Translations under genes and position numbers: made by a program | Part shown: positions 12,146 to 26,600 of the stretch, piece after piece | Position numbering within the stretch: the stretch's first letter is position 1 | Layout of the letters: every line of letters begins with the position of its first letter | Notes under the pieces: generated by a model | Databases searched by the model: none | What the model was told of the DNA's origin: nothing | What the model saw: only the letters and a program-made list of their open reading frames with translations | Assembly: GCA_964016885.1 (NCBI GenBank) | Contig: OZ024741.1 | Span: forward strand, 239,506,001-239,570,000 | Direction: 5' to 3' | Length of the DNA stretch: 64,000 nucleotides | Source of the DNA: Eledone cirrhosa | Taxonomy: Eukaryota

Positions 12146-14213
12146 CTCTGCTCCTGATGTTAATACAATATCCAGGGTAAATTACAGCTTCAAATGTTCA
12201 AACTACAACAGAGAAAAAATATTTTGCATATTAATGGAGTATTTTCTTATTTTCATGAAAAGAAAATTGTATCATACCTCATTTAATACTTTCTAAAATA
12301 AATACTTAAAGCATTGATTGGATAAAATGTACATATTTACATTTTGCAGTACATACATAGTATCTATTTTCAGATAAGCTGTCCGTAATAAACATACTAA
12401 CATGTGTAATTCCTAAGGTAGATTGTTTTATTAAGAAATAAATATAAGATAGCTGTATTCTGAGCAAGATGATAGCTACATCACATCAGATTTAGATGCA
12501 GATTATTTAATTGAACTTTAATGTAGGTTATTTATATTTTATATAGGAATTGAAAATTGTCTGTAATCCAGAAAATTGTTAAAATAGAGTCACAAATCAT
12601 TTGGAAACAAGTAGGGAGTTATGAATTATCTCCCTCAAATACAAGGTACACCAAAATTACATGTTAAACAAAACAAAACTCTACTGTAATATCTTGACAC
12701 TGTATATCTATTGATTGCTATTAATATCATTAAATTTTTATTTTAAACAGAAAAAAAAATTATATTGTTAAATATTCAATAAATCTCGTCCCCCAACAAA
12801 ATAAAACGTAATATTTTGTAAATAACTTTAGCTCAAGTTAAGTTATAATCTTAACGTCTTGGATATCTCCTTAAATAGGAATTCTTTAAAACAATATCAT
12901 TCATCTTCGACTTCTCTATTTACTATATAAACATGTTGCTTATGTGTGAAAAAACACTTTTATATAACCGGGCTTAATTACATTAGATTACGACACTATT
13001 TTGCTGAAACGTTTTAATTTTACATATAAAACCAAATAGTTTTTTGTATAAATAAATATCAAACTACTTTCAAATTATACCACATAATGTAACAACACAT
13101 ATTTACTGAAAATTAGATAATAAGCATTTGGTTTCCTATCATTGAAAATAGATACAAATCTATGCAAAAAAACTAAAACAAATTCTAAATAAATTTGTAT
13201 ATAACTTATTCTTAATTAGGAATAAAATATTTGGCACCATCTTTTTAAGATAATATTAGTTAGTCTTCTAGGTGAATATCTTTTATATCGAACCTACTAG
13301 AATGATGTTATTTAACCCAATGTAAGCTCCTATCAAGTAGACATATTATCAAAGGCATTCCTGTGATGACAACCTCAGTTACAAAAGGAAATACATGACA
13401 TCTTACAGTTGTGTGCATGAATGGAGAATAGGCCACAATTAATATATCAATATTCTTTATAAAGATTTAAGACTATAGATTCCTCCTTTCTTTGCTGAAT
13501 TGACTTTTTTTTTAATATAGTTGGTAATTATTAAAATATATTTCTGACATGTTACCGCAGATATATTAAGCAACATATTTTGTTGAAACAAATCATACGC
13601 TAATATATGCAAGGCAAATTTGTAAATTGCATCATGTAAAAATAATTTATAGAAAAGAAATTAATAATACTAATTTTAATATGATAGGAATTGGTAGACT
13701 TCACATAATAATAAAAATTTACACACATTCAGATTTCATGTATACACACAATCTATGATATGAAAATATTTTATTACCAATGTTCTTATCTATCAACAAT
13801 ATTTATGTAAAACTTACATTACTGTATTTCAATGATATTCTAGTTCAATATTTAGTATGTACTAAGACCCTACAATGTCTGCCTAAATAATTCAGTAAAA
13901 ATATATAATGATGAGTTATGTTAAAATGTAATAAACAAGATAAATATTGTAAATACATCAAAGATGGCAGCAAATATTTTCAGAAGTATGTTATATAAAA
14001 CTACAATTCCTCATCCTCAGTTTCTTACAAAATACTTGATAGCCATGTTGGTAAAGAAGCCATTCAATGAGAACTAACACAGATCTAATATGGCCACCAT
14101 TTCAATATTATATTTTGATGATATAATATAGCTATATATGAAGTTATTATTTTGATGATATAATATAGCTATATATGAAGTTATTATAAATAATATAGAA
14201 TAATAAAACTTAC

Positions 14214-14615
14214 ATTCATTGTGTAAAATCCTTTGTTATAAACTGTGAGTTGGTCCCAATGTTCTGTTGTTAATGGTTGTTTGTGTCACTGCTGCTATGG
14301 TGTGACAATGGCTTCATGTTGATGGAATAGTGTTGGTAGTGAGTCAGTGGGAACCAACAGTTCCTCTCAGTCTTGTGTATGTGTGATGTTTACTGAGTGT
14401 GAGTGTGTGAGAGAGGTGAGGGAGGGTGATGCTTACTCCAGCCTCACTCAGACTAGATGTGTTTCCCCTTACAGAGAAGAGGGAGAGAAAGAGAAGACAA
14501 TATCAGCTCCACTAACAGTCAGCCATAATATGTCTATATAATACCAACATGTCTGATGTAGAGAGACTGACAGAAATACTTAGAAGAGAGAGGTTATCTT
14601 AACAAAATATGGCTG
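14214..14615 (-). promoter_or_regulatory. Conserved promoter + putative leader exon of gene C (exon ~14394-14214)
   Basis: Same block; donor at 14214/14213; large exon begins at 12202. Confidence 0.6.
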
Positions 14616-14618
14616 ATG

Positions 14619-15854
14619 TATGAGGGTGGGCTGAAAAGTTCATAGACTGACTATGAAGGAATGATACTAAGCCTGTGAAATCTTGCATGCATTAATTTCA
14701 ACTCTTATTAATAACTGCCTTGTTTGGCTTCAGTTAAACTGACATCTGACTGTTCATAGAAAACTTCAAAAGTAACCAGTAGCAAATTCTCTTGAAAATG
14801 GACTAAATTTGGCATTGTGATGTTATGAAGTACCTGCAGAAAAAGGGTTTAACCACCAAGGAAATTCATGCTGACATGATTCTTACATTAGAGCAAAAGT
14901 GGGCAGCTTAATTTAAGAGGGGAAGGGAGAGTCTTGAAGATGACCCAAAGTCTGGACATCTTGCAACAGCCACCAAGGAAAAATTGATCATGTTCACATG
15001 GTGATGGATGACAAACGATTGACTATAAATCAAATAATCGATGCTATTAGTGTGTCCTGTGAGAGAGTTGAGAATATTCGGCACAATGAACTTGGCATGA
15101 TGAAGGTTTCTACTCGGTGGGTGTCACATCTCACATCTGATCAAAAGCACACCAGGCTGATCACGTCAAAAAATTCTAACATTGTTTGAGACAGATCCAG
15201 CTGGTTCCCTTGAACATTTCTTAACCCAGGATGAGTCTTGGGTTCATCATTTTAAGGTAGAAAAAATGAGACAATTCATGCATTGGAGACACCACTCCTC
15301 ACCTGCTCCAAAGAAGACCAAGGTAGTTTCATCTGCAGGAAAGGTGATAACCAGAGTTTTGGGGGATGCAAAAGATGTTTATTGACTATCTTCAAAAGGG
15401 CTACACCATCAATATAGAGTACTATGCAAAATTTCTGAGGCAGTTATGAAAGGCTATCAAGACAAAACGCCCAGGAAAACTGAAGAAAGTGGTTTTGTTT
15501 CATCACGTCAATGCTCCAGCACACAAATCCGGGGTTTCAATTGCTGCTGTACCTGACTGTAGCTTTGAACTGATTGATCATCCTCCCTATTCTCTTGGTT
15601 TGGCCCCTTCTAACTATCATGTTTCCCAGCATGAAGAAACACTTGCCTGGGAACCAGTATCACAGTGACAATTATGTCGTATCTGCTGTTGTTGACGTTT
15701 TTTTACCATCAGGATGAAAGCTTCTTCACCAATGTGATCCAAGCACTGCAAAACTGATGGAAGAAGGGAGTGGACTGTAAGGCGGACTATCTTGAAAAAT
15801 AAACACCATATGCTTACATTCCATGAAAGTATCTTGGTCAGCCTATGAAATTTT
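14619..15854 (+). mobile_element. Decayed mariner (Tc1/mariner) DNA transposon, transposase pseudogene
   Basis: Left end TA+tgagggtgggctgaaaagttcatagactgac; partial inverted copy gtcagcctatgaaatttt at the right end. Broken ORFs carry WVSHL (WVPHEL), TQDESWVHH (TGDETW), HHVNAPAH (HDNA), HPPYSLGLAPSNY (YSPDLAPSDY) and end GDYLEK*; stops and frameshifts present. Confidence 0.9.
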
Positions 15855-16226
15855 GTAAATATAAATAGAAAATTAACAATAATAGTTAGTGTGTGTCTGA
15901 CTAAATTCTAAACTATCTTTCCAATTCAGGATATACCAGAGAAAAGTTTAAAGATGATATGTAGTCTATGTGAAATATATTTCCTCAGTTATTAATATTT
16001 GCAATATAATTATTTTATTTAGTAATTTATATGATAATTCCATACATATGTTCAATTTTAAATTGTATTTTACCAGGACATATCTACCTATAATTTCTTA
16101 CAATATATTTTCTGAAAACATTCAGTTATGTATAAGGAATAGCATTAACTAATATATTTATGTTGTTTTAAATATAATGTGAATGATGAAGGTGATATTT
16201 CTGTTGTGTTAATTTCTCAGTCTGAC

Positions 16227-19200
16227 TTAACTAGCAACAACATCTGGTGTTGAAGGTAACTGTCTCTCTGGAGGTTTCACATATCTGTCTTGGTAATGGT
16301 CTCTCTCACTGTTGCTTGACACATCAGGTGGGACACCATAGACTCCTGAAACAAGTACATCAACTCAACTTACCACATAGTTCATATAAATGCTATACAG
16401 TTACTGACAGAAATTAGTAATCAACCTCTTGTCAACAAGGTTCACAGAGTTAACATATAAAATAACAATTATTAAAGAAGTTATATTTTCCCAACCCTAA
16501 TGTCCTTAGATATAATACTTTCAATGATCCAATGATTAGTGGTTGACGGAGAATATAGGTCAGTTTCATTAATGATAATAGACCCAGAGTATGATGTATA
16601 TAAGGTGATGAAGTAGAAACTATTAAACATTATATCTATGTAGAAACATATATTCATTTATTATAACATTTATAAAGATTGATAGAAATATCAGATTGTT
16701 TCATAATTGTGGAAATTAAAAATTATGAAAAGTAAATTAAAATAAATAGATAAAAGAATATATTGTTTTACCTGACATTGCTGGTATTTCTTCATACTGT
16801 CTACTTGACCTCTCACTCCAGCATTGTCCACTCTTACGACTGGTCAATGTATCAGTGGGATAGTTAGCAGCTGGTCTGTTGTCTCCATAAGATGTCACCT
16901 CTATAGGTTGACTGTATTTCTGCAGTACAATATAGTTAAAATATAGATAGGGTGTAAACATATCATTAAAGACAATATATCTAATATATACTAAATTTCC
17001 TATATTGATAGGTACATGAATATTGATAAAATATTAGACAATTGTATACAAAAGTATCAACTACATAGACCCTTCTACTTGATCATTTTCATTTATACCA
17101 TAGAAGATGTATACAGTACATTTTATTTTATGGCTTACTCTAAGGTATAAACATTTCCTTTCTAGTTCTTCCTTTCTTAGTGATAAGTTCATATTGTGTG
17201 TGAGTTTGTGATACAAGGTTGTAGTCATACCAGGCTGGAAATTTGAAAAGTAGCATTACAGAAGAACTGTTTACAGAACAATCTGAATCCCAAAAAGATA
17301 GCTAATATCTTATTGACATAGTATAAAAGAGACTGTCTAAAAACAAAGTGTCTGAATACACCATTGATATTCCTGATGGGCTTTTTAAAGGTTCATTAAA
17401 CAAAATATAATTTAAAACATGAAAAAACAGTAAATCTTGGATTATCTCAGATTTTAAAAACAAACAAAATTCATTTCTCATCTACAGATCAAAATGCTAT
17501 TTTTTCAACCAGAAATAGTCAATTACTAAAGAATACTCATAAATTGATAATTTTAACTGAGCAAGATATTTATTGAAATATTTCTGACTAAGAGATAGGA
17601 AATATATAATATAATTTACCTTTGTGGATTTTTGAAGAGATCTGTTCATTGTTGATGTCTTCCAGTCTTCAGGATAGTAATGGCTTCTAGACTGACTATA
17701 TCTGTCTGATATCTCTCCTCGATTACCTGACATCACAGATACACTGTTGTTACCTTGATAGATCAACTGTCTCATCTCATTACGACATTGGTATGCCTGT
17801 TTCTCTTCTGTTGTTCTAGCTGAGTTATTTCTTACATTGTTACATCTCACAATACACAATGTTATAGAAACCACAATAGCTATAGATACTATCACAGCTG
17901 CTACTACAATGATAATCAACAATGTTGCATCTATTGTGTTATCAGTTGGTACATGGACAGCTGTGAACATTGGTGATGTCTTGTTACTAACAGTCAGTGT
18001 CAAAGAGACACTAGTTGTTGCTGACAGAACTGGAGTACCACTGTCTTTCACAACAAACTCCAGTTGATATGATCCAGCATCATTTTGGTAAACTGTGCGA
18101 GAGTAAGATAAGACACCAGTGAATGAGTCCAGTTTAAATAATTGTCTCTCATTACCTGAAAGGATTTCATACCTGAGAAAAGCATTCATGTGACTGTCTA
18201 GATCAGAGGCTTTCAGAAGTGTGATGTCATTCTTACTTTGTGGATGATAGTGGACATCAAGAGTGAAAGGGTCAACACTAGGAAATGTAAAATATGGAGC
18301 ATTATCATTTTTATCTAATACTTCCACTTCAACATTCACTGTGTTATTTAGAGATGGTGTTCCATTGTCTTTGACTAAAACCTCAAAGTCATAGAAATCT
18401 CTGTGTTCTCTGTCTAAAGATTGGTTTGTTGAAATAAAACCAGAGTTGATAATCTGGAATGGTAGATGATATTGGTGTTTATTTCTCAGATAATAACTTA
18501 ATTCACCTCCCTTACCAACATCTGGGTCTGTAGCATTGATAAAACCAATAGGGAAATTAGCTTTGTCATTTTCATAGGTAAGGAACTTGAATGTATCTTT
18601 GGTAAAGTGTGGTTTTACATCATTCACATCTAAGACTTGTATTGAGAGATCTTTATCAGTTTTGAGAGAAGGTAATCCTTTATCTTGACAGGAGACAGTG
18701 AAGTGATAATGTTCCTGTGTCTCTCTGTCTACTGCTTTCTTTAGAACTATTTTATATTCCTTAGATCCCATTGACTGTAGTTTGAATGTATCATGTTTAA
18801 TATTACAGCTGACCTCTCCATTGTGTCCAACATCATTGTCAGTGACCATCACATAAGCAATGAAACTACCAACTTTGATATCTTCCAGAACGGTAGCTGT
18901 GTTGTGATTCTCTGTAGAAATATAGTTGACATCAATATTTGGAGGATTGTTGTGTTGGTTGATAACATTAACCATAACAGTTGCTATGGAACTGAGAGGT
19001 GGATTGCCATTATCTCTGGCTTCAATATATAATTTAAAAGACTCTTCCATATCAATTTCTGAAGATTTAGCTAAATATAACTTTCCAGTATTTTTATCTA
19101 AATCAAAGAATCTTTTCATTTTCTCTGAAGTTGTCCTCGCAAAATAGAAAGATATTTTACCATTTCTACCAATATCTAAATCATTAGCAGATAATGTCAC

Positions 19201-19971
19201 TACTGGAATATTCTTTTTATGCTTGTGCTTTATAGAGACATTGTAGATACTTTGGGAGAATTTTGGTATATTATCATTTTCATCTTCTACAGATATTTTA
19301 ACATTTAAAATACTTTGTTTTGGTGGAGTTCCACCATCTTTAGCAATGACCTCAATATTGTAACTATCTTTCTTTTCCCTGTCTAATTTCATTTCTAAAA
19401 TAATTCTTAATGTTGATATTCCACCAGCTTCTTTTGAAACACTTAATGAAAATTGTCTTTCATCATCTTTCAGTTCATATTTAATTAATCTGTTTTGATA
19501 TCCCACATCTTTATCAATGGCACTGGGAATAGCCTTCTTCAAACCTCTACCATCTCCTTCCCCAAACACTAGAGTGATTTCTTTCCCTGGAAACTCAGGT
19601 TGGTGGTCATTGATGTCTTCTATTATGACTTTAATTTTTAATATCTTCATAAATGTCTTGGATTTGTGAACAGCAACTTTCACTATTTCAAAACATTCTT
19701 TCTCATAACTACACACAGACTCAGCATCCAATGTCTGAACAGTGTACAGTTTACCTGTTTTTGTCACATTGAACAATTGTTCTCCCTTTTGTTGTAGTTG
19801 ACTAAATGTAATTAAATCCTTATTCTTTAAGAAGGAGCTATCTGATGTCTTTAAGTCAATAGCAATGTCCCCTACATAAGTATAGGGATTACTCTCTTCT
19901 TTAACATGGTATGTGATATGTTCACTTAGATAACAGTGGAAGAAAGTCAGTAAAATACACAGAAACAACAT
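16227..19971 (-). CDS. Pcdh: Protocadherin gene D, ~872 aa
   Basis: Exons 19971-17620, 16919-16772 (one Ser shorter), 16345-16227; intact frame. Confidence 0.93.
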
Positions 19972-20154
19972 CTCTGCTCTTGATGTTAATTCAGTATCCT
20001 GGGCAAAAACAGTTTTGAATATTCAATCTGAAATAGAAATAGATTTAACATATTAATGAAATCTGCTACACTAAGTTTGTCTTCCCTTTTTTCATTAAAG
20101 AAAATTATATAATCGATCAAATTGTTTGAGATATTAGAGTCACCTTAGAAATAC

Positions 20155-20291
20155 AAAACTATTACAATGATTAATATGGATTGTTTTACATTTTTTCTTT
20201 TTTACACCATTCTAGATCCATAAATGGATCTAGAATGGTGTAAAAAAGAAAGAAATGTAAAACAATCCATATTAATCATTGTAATAGTTTT
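20155..20291. repeat. Near-perfect inverted repeat (arms ~67 bp, 2-nt loop, one bulge)
   Basis: aaaactattacaatg...tctagatccat aa atggatctaga...cattgtaatagtttt. Confidence 0.92.
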
Positions 20292-22586
20292 ATAATAGAC
20301 ACAAAGTTGCTATAATAGACAAATAAAATTTATAATAGACATCATGTGTCTATTATAAATTTTAAAATAAAAATGGGACCTATTTTCAAATACAGAGTCT
20401 GAACTTTACTTTAACTACAACTAACGAGGAGATAACAGTATAATGGGAAAGATGGTAGCAGCAGCATATCAGATTTAGATACATTTTCCCGGAATATTTA
20501 ATTAAACTGTCACATGTATTATCATTTACTGCGATATTTTAGTATCAAATACTAAAGTTGGAAATGAATAAAATATAGCCGCGATACAGTAGGAAATTTG
20601 GAATGATTGAATTATCTCCCCCTTAATAAAAACAAATTACTACCTTGACAGAAATTAGTCTATAAACAATTTATTTTATATAGTCTTGAAAATATTCTAA
20701 AGAAAAAAACAAAAAAAAACAAAAAAAAACATAACTAAAGGATTGAAGACAATAGAAATAATAGAAATAATTGTTTCTCCTTATGGCACAAGGCCATCAA
20801 TTACTCAGTGCATTACTGGTACTTTATTTTATCGACCCCGTAAGGATGAAAGGCAAAGTTATGAGTCACCTTCTGTTGTGTATTTTGTAGAACTGGGGGA
20901 AATTAGAGTTTGATGTTTATCATATAATCCATATCAAATACAGATTGAAATACAAAACTAAATATTTCCAATTGTTATCATTTTATGCTCAATACTTTTC
21001 TATCCATAATTAATATATACAATTTCTCAATATATCTACCGTAGGTCAAGGAACATTAATTTGTAACGTCCTGTACCACACCAAACCGAATTAGCAAAAC
21101 ATTCTTGAAAAGTATAAAACAGCACTGACTGCATCACATTAAAAGTTGAAGTCTAATACAGCGAGTTTTTCACAATAAGCTATCCACTAGTAAAGACACT
21201 ATACACATTTGAATTAACAAACCTATTTTTCAAGTTATTTCCTGCTAAATCATTATAAGACATCACATTAAATAGAATGAATTCTTTAAAACAGAATCAT
21301 TCATTACTAAACTCATCTACTTTACACAAACAGCTTGCTGATTTATGAAAAGACAAATTTATTCTTTAAATAATAATAAACTTTATATTATAGCAGCATG
21401 TCATTACATTACATTACTTGGGTAGTTTAGCTTTGAACATATGCAACAGAATATCATATGTTCTTGAGATCTCAAATTAATATTAAATAGATATATAATA
21501 AGGACATTTATGTTTGTTTCCTGTCAATAAAAATGAAAATAAAATTATGTAAAACTTTAAAACAAATTCTAAATGAAGTTGATTATAATTTCTTATTCTC
21601 AAATTGGAATCAAATATTTAATGCCAACATTATTAGTGAATTATCTAATTAGTTCTAAGGCCTACTGGATTGCTGTTAAACAATCATGATTGACACTCCC
21701 ACTTTTAGATATAGAACAATTAAAAGAAATTGGAAGATTTAATACTTAAATAAAAGATTAAAAAAAAAAACAATTGTAATAAATAATTAAGTATAAATAG
21801 GATGTGATAGTATATCTATAAACATTGGTTAGTTTTACACCACTAAAATTACAGAATAACCTATCAAAAGGAAGTCACACAAAGTAACATTATTTCATAA
21901 AACAAGTCTATAAAAATAATCACTGGCATAGTTTGTTGATACATAATTACATAATTTAATAATATAAAATTAAAAAAATCAAATTTAATAATTAATTAAA
22001 ATTATTAAAAATATACTTTATAGATTATCATCCAAAATAAATGTTGAAGATATACATAATATTTGAATATTTAGTTGATGATATATTAATGTGGAAATAT
22101 TGTTATAGCACACACATTCCCTAAGCACTTACACACAGATTACACAAATTTGCTAAAATCTAAACAATATATCAATATAAAATTACTTAATATTCTATAG
22201 TAATATTCTTTCCTATGTAAAATTAAATATTTTCACTAGAGAATATCTCAGATAAACAATTATTTTGCTCAGAAAAATTCTAGAATTTTTCATTCAACTG
22301 CCAGCAAACTAGAGGAATCATACATTAAATATGAATAAAGGTTTCACAAGAATACCATGAAGTAGTCATCTGTAAGAACTAGCAAAGTGATATATCATCT
22401 AACTCTTTTTTATGCATTGCTACCAAACATAAACTGGCCATGTAGGAAAAGTAGACATACAATGAGAACTAACACTGATCTAATATGACCACCATTATAA
22501 TATTATATTTTGATGTTATAATATAGCTATATATGAAGTTATTATTTTACATGACTAGATAAATAATATAGAATAATAAAACTTAC

Positions 22587-23000
22587 ATTCATTGTGTAAA
22601 ATCCTTTGTTATAAACTGTGAGTTGGTCCCAATGTTCTGTTGTTAATGGTTGTCTGTGTCACTGCTGCTATGGTGTGACAATGGCTTCATGTTGATGGAA
22701 TAGTGTTGGTAGTGAGTCAGTGGGAACCAGCAGTTCCTCTCAGTCTTTGGTGTATGTGTGATGTTTACTGAGTGTGAGTGTGTGTGAGAGAGAGAGAGGT
22801 GGGGGATGGGGAGGCTTACTCCAGCTTCACTCAGACTAGATGTGTTTCCCCTCACAGAGAAGAGGGAGAGAGAAGACACAATGTCAGCTCCACTAACAGT
22901 CAGCCATAATATGTCTATATAATACTAACATGTCTGATGTAGAGAGACTGACATAGAAATACTTAGAAGAGAGAGGTTATATTAACAAAATATGGCTGAT
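22587..23000 (-). promoter_or_regulatory. Conserved promoter + putative leader exon of gene D (exon ~22769-22587)
   Basis: Same block; donor at 22587/22586; large exon begins at 20027. Confidence 0.6.
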
Positions 23001-23317
23001 GTTGTTCATGTGTTTAATATAAAATGTAAATAAAATATTGACAATAATACTTAGTGTGTGTCTGACCTAATTATAAACTAACTATTCTATTCAGGATGAA
23101 TGTAAGAGAATTTACATGTGATATGTTACCTATGTAAAATATATTTTCTAAAATATTAACATTTACAATATAAGGTATTTGTTATTAATTTATACCATAA
23201 TTCAATTCATATTTTCAAATTTAAAGGTGATGATGATGATTTCACTCCAAAATCCATTATTACCATACAAATTTCCCTTAATATTTTCCATTAACTAATA
23301 TATTTCTATAGTGTTAA

Positions 23318-23592
23318 TGGAGGCACATGGCTTAGTGGTTAGAGCATTGGCCTTGCAATCGAAAGGTTGTGAGTTCAATTCTTGAGCAAGACACTTTATT
23401 TCACATTGCTCCAGTTCACTCAGCTGTAGAAATGAGATGATAGGGACTGCAAAGTGGTCGTGGAGGTGCCACGGCAAAATGAGGTTGGTGTTAGGAAGGA
23501 CATCCAGTTGTAGAAATCAAATCAAGAATCAGTTGCCGTCCCACCCTTGCAAGCAGGGAAAAGCAGACGTAAAATGATGATGATGATGATGA
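23318..23592 (+). mobile_element. tRNA-derived SINE with RTE-like (GAT)n tail
   Basis: A box tggcttagtgg, B box gagttcaattc, tail shared with the RTE at 41419-41976, flanking tgttaa repeat; absent at the paralogous site near 39790. Confidence 0.75.
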
Positions 23593-23658
23593 TGTTAAAT
23601 ATTGTATTGTATGAATGTTGTAGGTGATATTTCTGTTGTGTTAACTTCTCAGTCTGAC

Positions 23659-26600
23659 TTAACTAGCAACAACATCTGGTGTTGAAGGTAACTGTCTCTC
23701 TGGAGGTTTCACATATCTGTCTTGGTAATGGTCTCTCTCATTGTTGCTTGACACATCAGGTGGGACACCATAGATTCCTGAAACAAGTACATCAACTCAA
23801 CTTACTACAGAGTTCATATATATGATATTTACTGACTGCACGAATACTGTTAACTGGTGACATTAGGAGTTTCAGGTTTTTTAACATCAGATACTCTCAC
23901 CCAGGTGCCTCAGCCAGAATTTGTGGCCATGTGTCTCTTCCCATACATAGTGTGCATCTTCAAAATTACAGCTATTTTGAAGCAACTTCTGCTACCTCAG
24001 TGTGGTTAATGTGATGGTCCTTTGACAACTGGCTCCTGTAAAACCCAATAACATGTGGCTGTGTTAAGGGGATGGCCTAAAACCATCCTACCTCAATGGA
24101 CTTACACCTCATTTACTACCCATTGCTCTGGCAAACTTTCACAAGCCATGTATACATCATCCTCATCTTCTCATTGGCTTCCTTAATGCAATACTGTGAG
24201 GAAATGGAGAGTTCTATAAGAACTACCTGCTTGGAAGCTTCTGAGGACAGCAGTATGTCTGACCTTAGTGAAGCTGTGGTCAGTTTCTAGAAAGTTAAGT
24301 TATTTCCCCAAATCATTATGGATTGCATTACAACCTCCAGAAGATGGTCATAGCATCTACAGTGACACCCATTGTTCAGGGATTTGGGGCAGCTACTGAA
24401 GATGTGAACCAAGGTCAATTTTCCCTTGTACAAAGGGCAGGTTGGAGACTCCATCTTCCCCCAGCAGAACAAGTCTGTTGAGTTAGCAGAATGGCAATAC
24501 ACTGACAAAACTAAGAGGTTAATTTGATGGGGGGTTGGCTTTCCAAAGCTCAGGTCATAAAACTTTCCACATCAATGCTTAATCCCATCTTGTCTAGGCT
24601 CTCTATTGCTACATTCCAACCATCCTGCTGGGTCACTCCTTAATAAATATGTGTACCTCATTCTGGATCAACAATCATTAGTCCTTCACCTGAACTTTTC
24701 CATAGTGATATGTGCTGCTTCTTAGGTCAGCCCTTCCATGAGGCACTATACCCCCAAACACCTCGTGCTGTAGTCATGACTTTGCAGTATCCACAGACTA
24801 CACTAGCCTCTATTTCCATCTTGTCTTGACCCCAATACATACCTAAATGTCTTTTAGGTCACAAGACTCACAATATTGTTGAATCCCCATAATATGAGCA
24901 ACCATGAAGTCATGCTTCAGGCTACTGAAAGAGAATTTCAGTTTATGGTAATGCTTAAAGAGAGTGATGATTAAAACTTAATGACAGATTGTTTTGAAAT
25001 TGTTGAAACTATATGTTATAATGGCAAACATGAGTGTGTGAAATTGTTTTACCTGACATTGCTGGTATTTCTTCATACTGTCTACTTGACCTTTCACTCC
25101 AGCACTGTCCACTCTTACGACTGGTCAATGTATCAGTGGGATAGTTTGAAGATGGTCTGTTGTCTCCATAAGATGTCACCTCTATAGGTTGACTGTATTT
25201 CTGCAGTACAGTATAGTTAAATATATAGATAGGATGTAAACATATCATTTAAGACAATATATCTAATACATGCTAAATTTCCTATATTAATAGGTAAATG
25301 AATATTGTTAAAATATTAGACAATTGTATACAAAAGCATCAATTATATAGACCCGTCTACTTGATCATTTTCATTTATACCATAGAAAATGTATACAGTA
25401 CATTTTCTTTTATGGCTTACTCTAAGGTATAAAAGTCAACATTTCCTTTCTAGTTCTTCCTTTCTTAGTGATAAGTTCATATTGTGTGAGTTTGTGATAC
25501 AAGGTTGTAGTCATACCAGGCAGGAAATTTGAAAGGTATCCTTACAGAAGAACTGTTTACAGAGCAATCTGAATTCCAAAAAGATAGTCTCTTTTATAAT
25601 ATGTCAATAAGATATTACCTGTCTAAAAATGAAGTGATTCATAGGCTGTAATGTCTGAATACATCATTGATATTCCTGATGGGATTTTTAAAGGTTCATT
25701 AAACAAAATACATCTTAGAACATATAAACTACAGTAAATCTTGGATTATCTCAGATTTTAAAAACCAACAAAGTTCATTTCTCATCCCCACATCATAACC
25801 CTATTTTTCTAACAAAATAATAGTCTATATCATATATATCAATCAGTAAAGAATACTCATAAATTGATAATTTAAACTGTGCAAACTGAAATATTCAGCT
25901 TCATGATTCTTATTGAAATATTTCTGACTAACAGATAGAAAATATATAATATAGTTTACCTTTGTGGATTTTTGAAGAGATCTGTTCATTGTTGAGGTTT
26001 TCCAGTCTTCAGGATAGTAATGACTTCTAGACTGACTATATCTGTCTGATATCTCTCCTTGATTACCTGACATCACAGATACACTGTTGTTACCTTGATA
26101 GATCAACTGTCTCATCTCATTACGACATTGGTATGCCTGTTTCTCTTCTGTTGTTCTAGCTGAGTTATTTCTCACATTGTTACATCTCACAATACACAAT
26201 GTTATAGAAACCACAATAGCTATAGATACTATCACAGCTGCTACTACAATGATAATCAACAATGTTGCATCTATTGTGTTATCAGTTGGTACATGAACAG
26301 CTGTGAACATTGGTGATGTCTTGTTACTAACAGTCAGTGTTAAAGAGACACTAGTTGTTGCTGACAGAACTGGAGTACCACTGTCTTTCACAACAAACTC
26401 CAGTTGATATGATCCAGCATCATTTTGGTAAACTGTGCGAGAGTAAGATAAGACACCGGTGAATGAGTCCAGTTTAAATAACTGTCTCTCATTACCTGAA
26501 AGGATTTCATACCTGAGAAAAGCATTCATGTGACTGTCTATATCAGAGGCTTTCAGAAGTGTGATGTCATTCTTACTTTGTGGATGATAGTGGACATCAA

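Noticed and set aside
14111-14187. 37-bp tandem duplication near the gene C leader donor
   Set aside because: Real, but a single AT-rich slippage event that leaves the donor intact, with no sign of function.
23318-23390. tRNA-like sequence (also 62673-62760)
   Set aside because: A/B boxes are followed by SINE body and tail with target-site repeats, and there is no complete cloverleaf.
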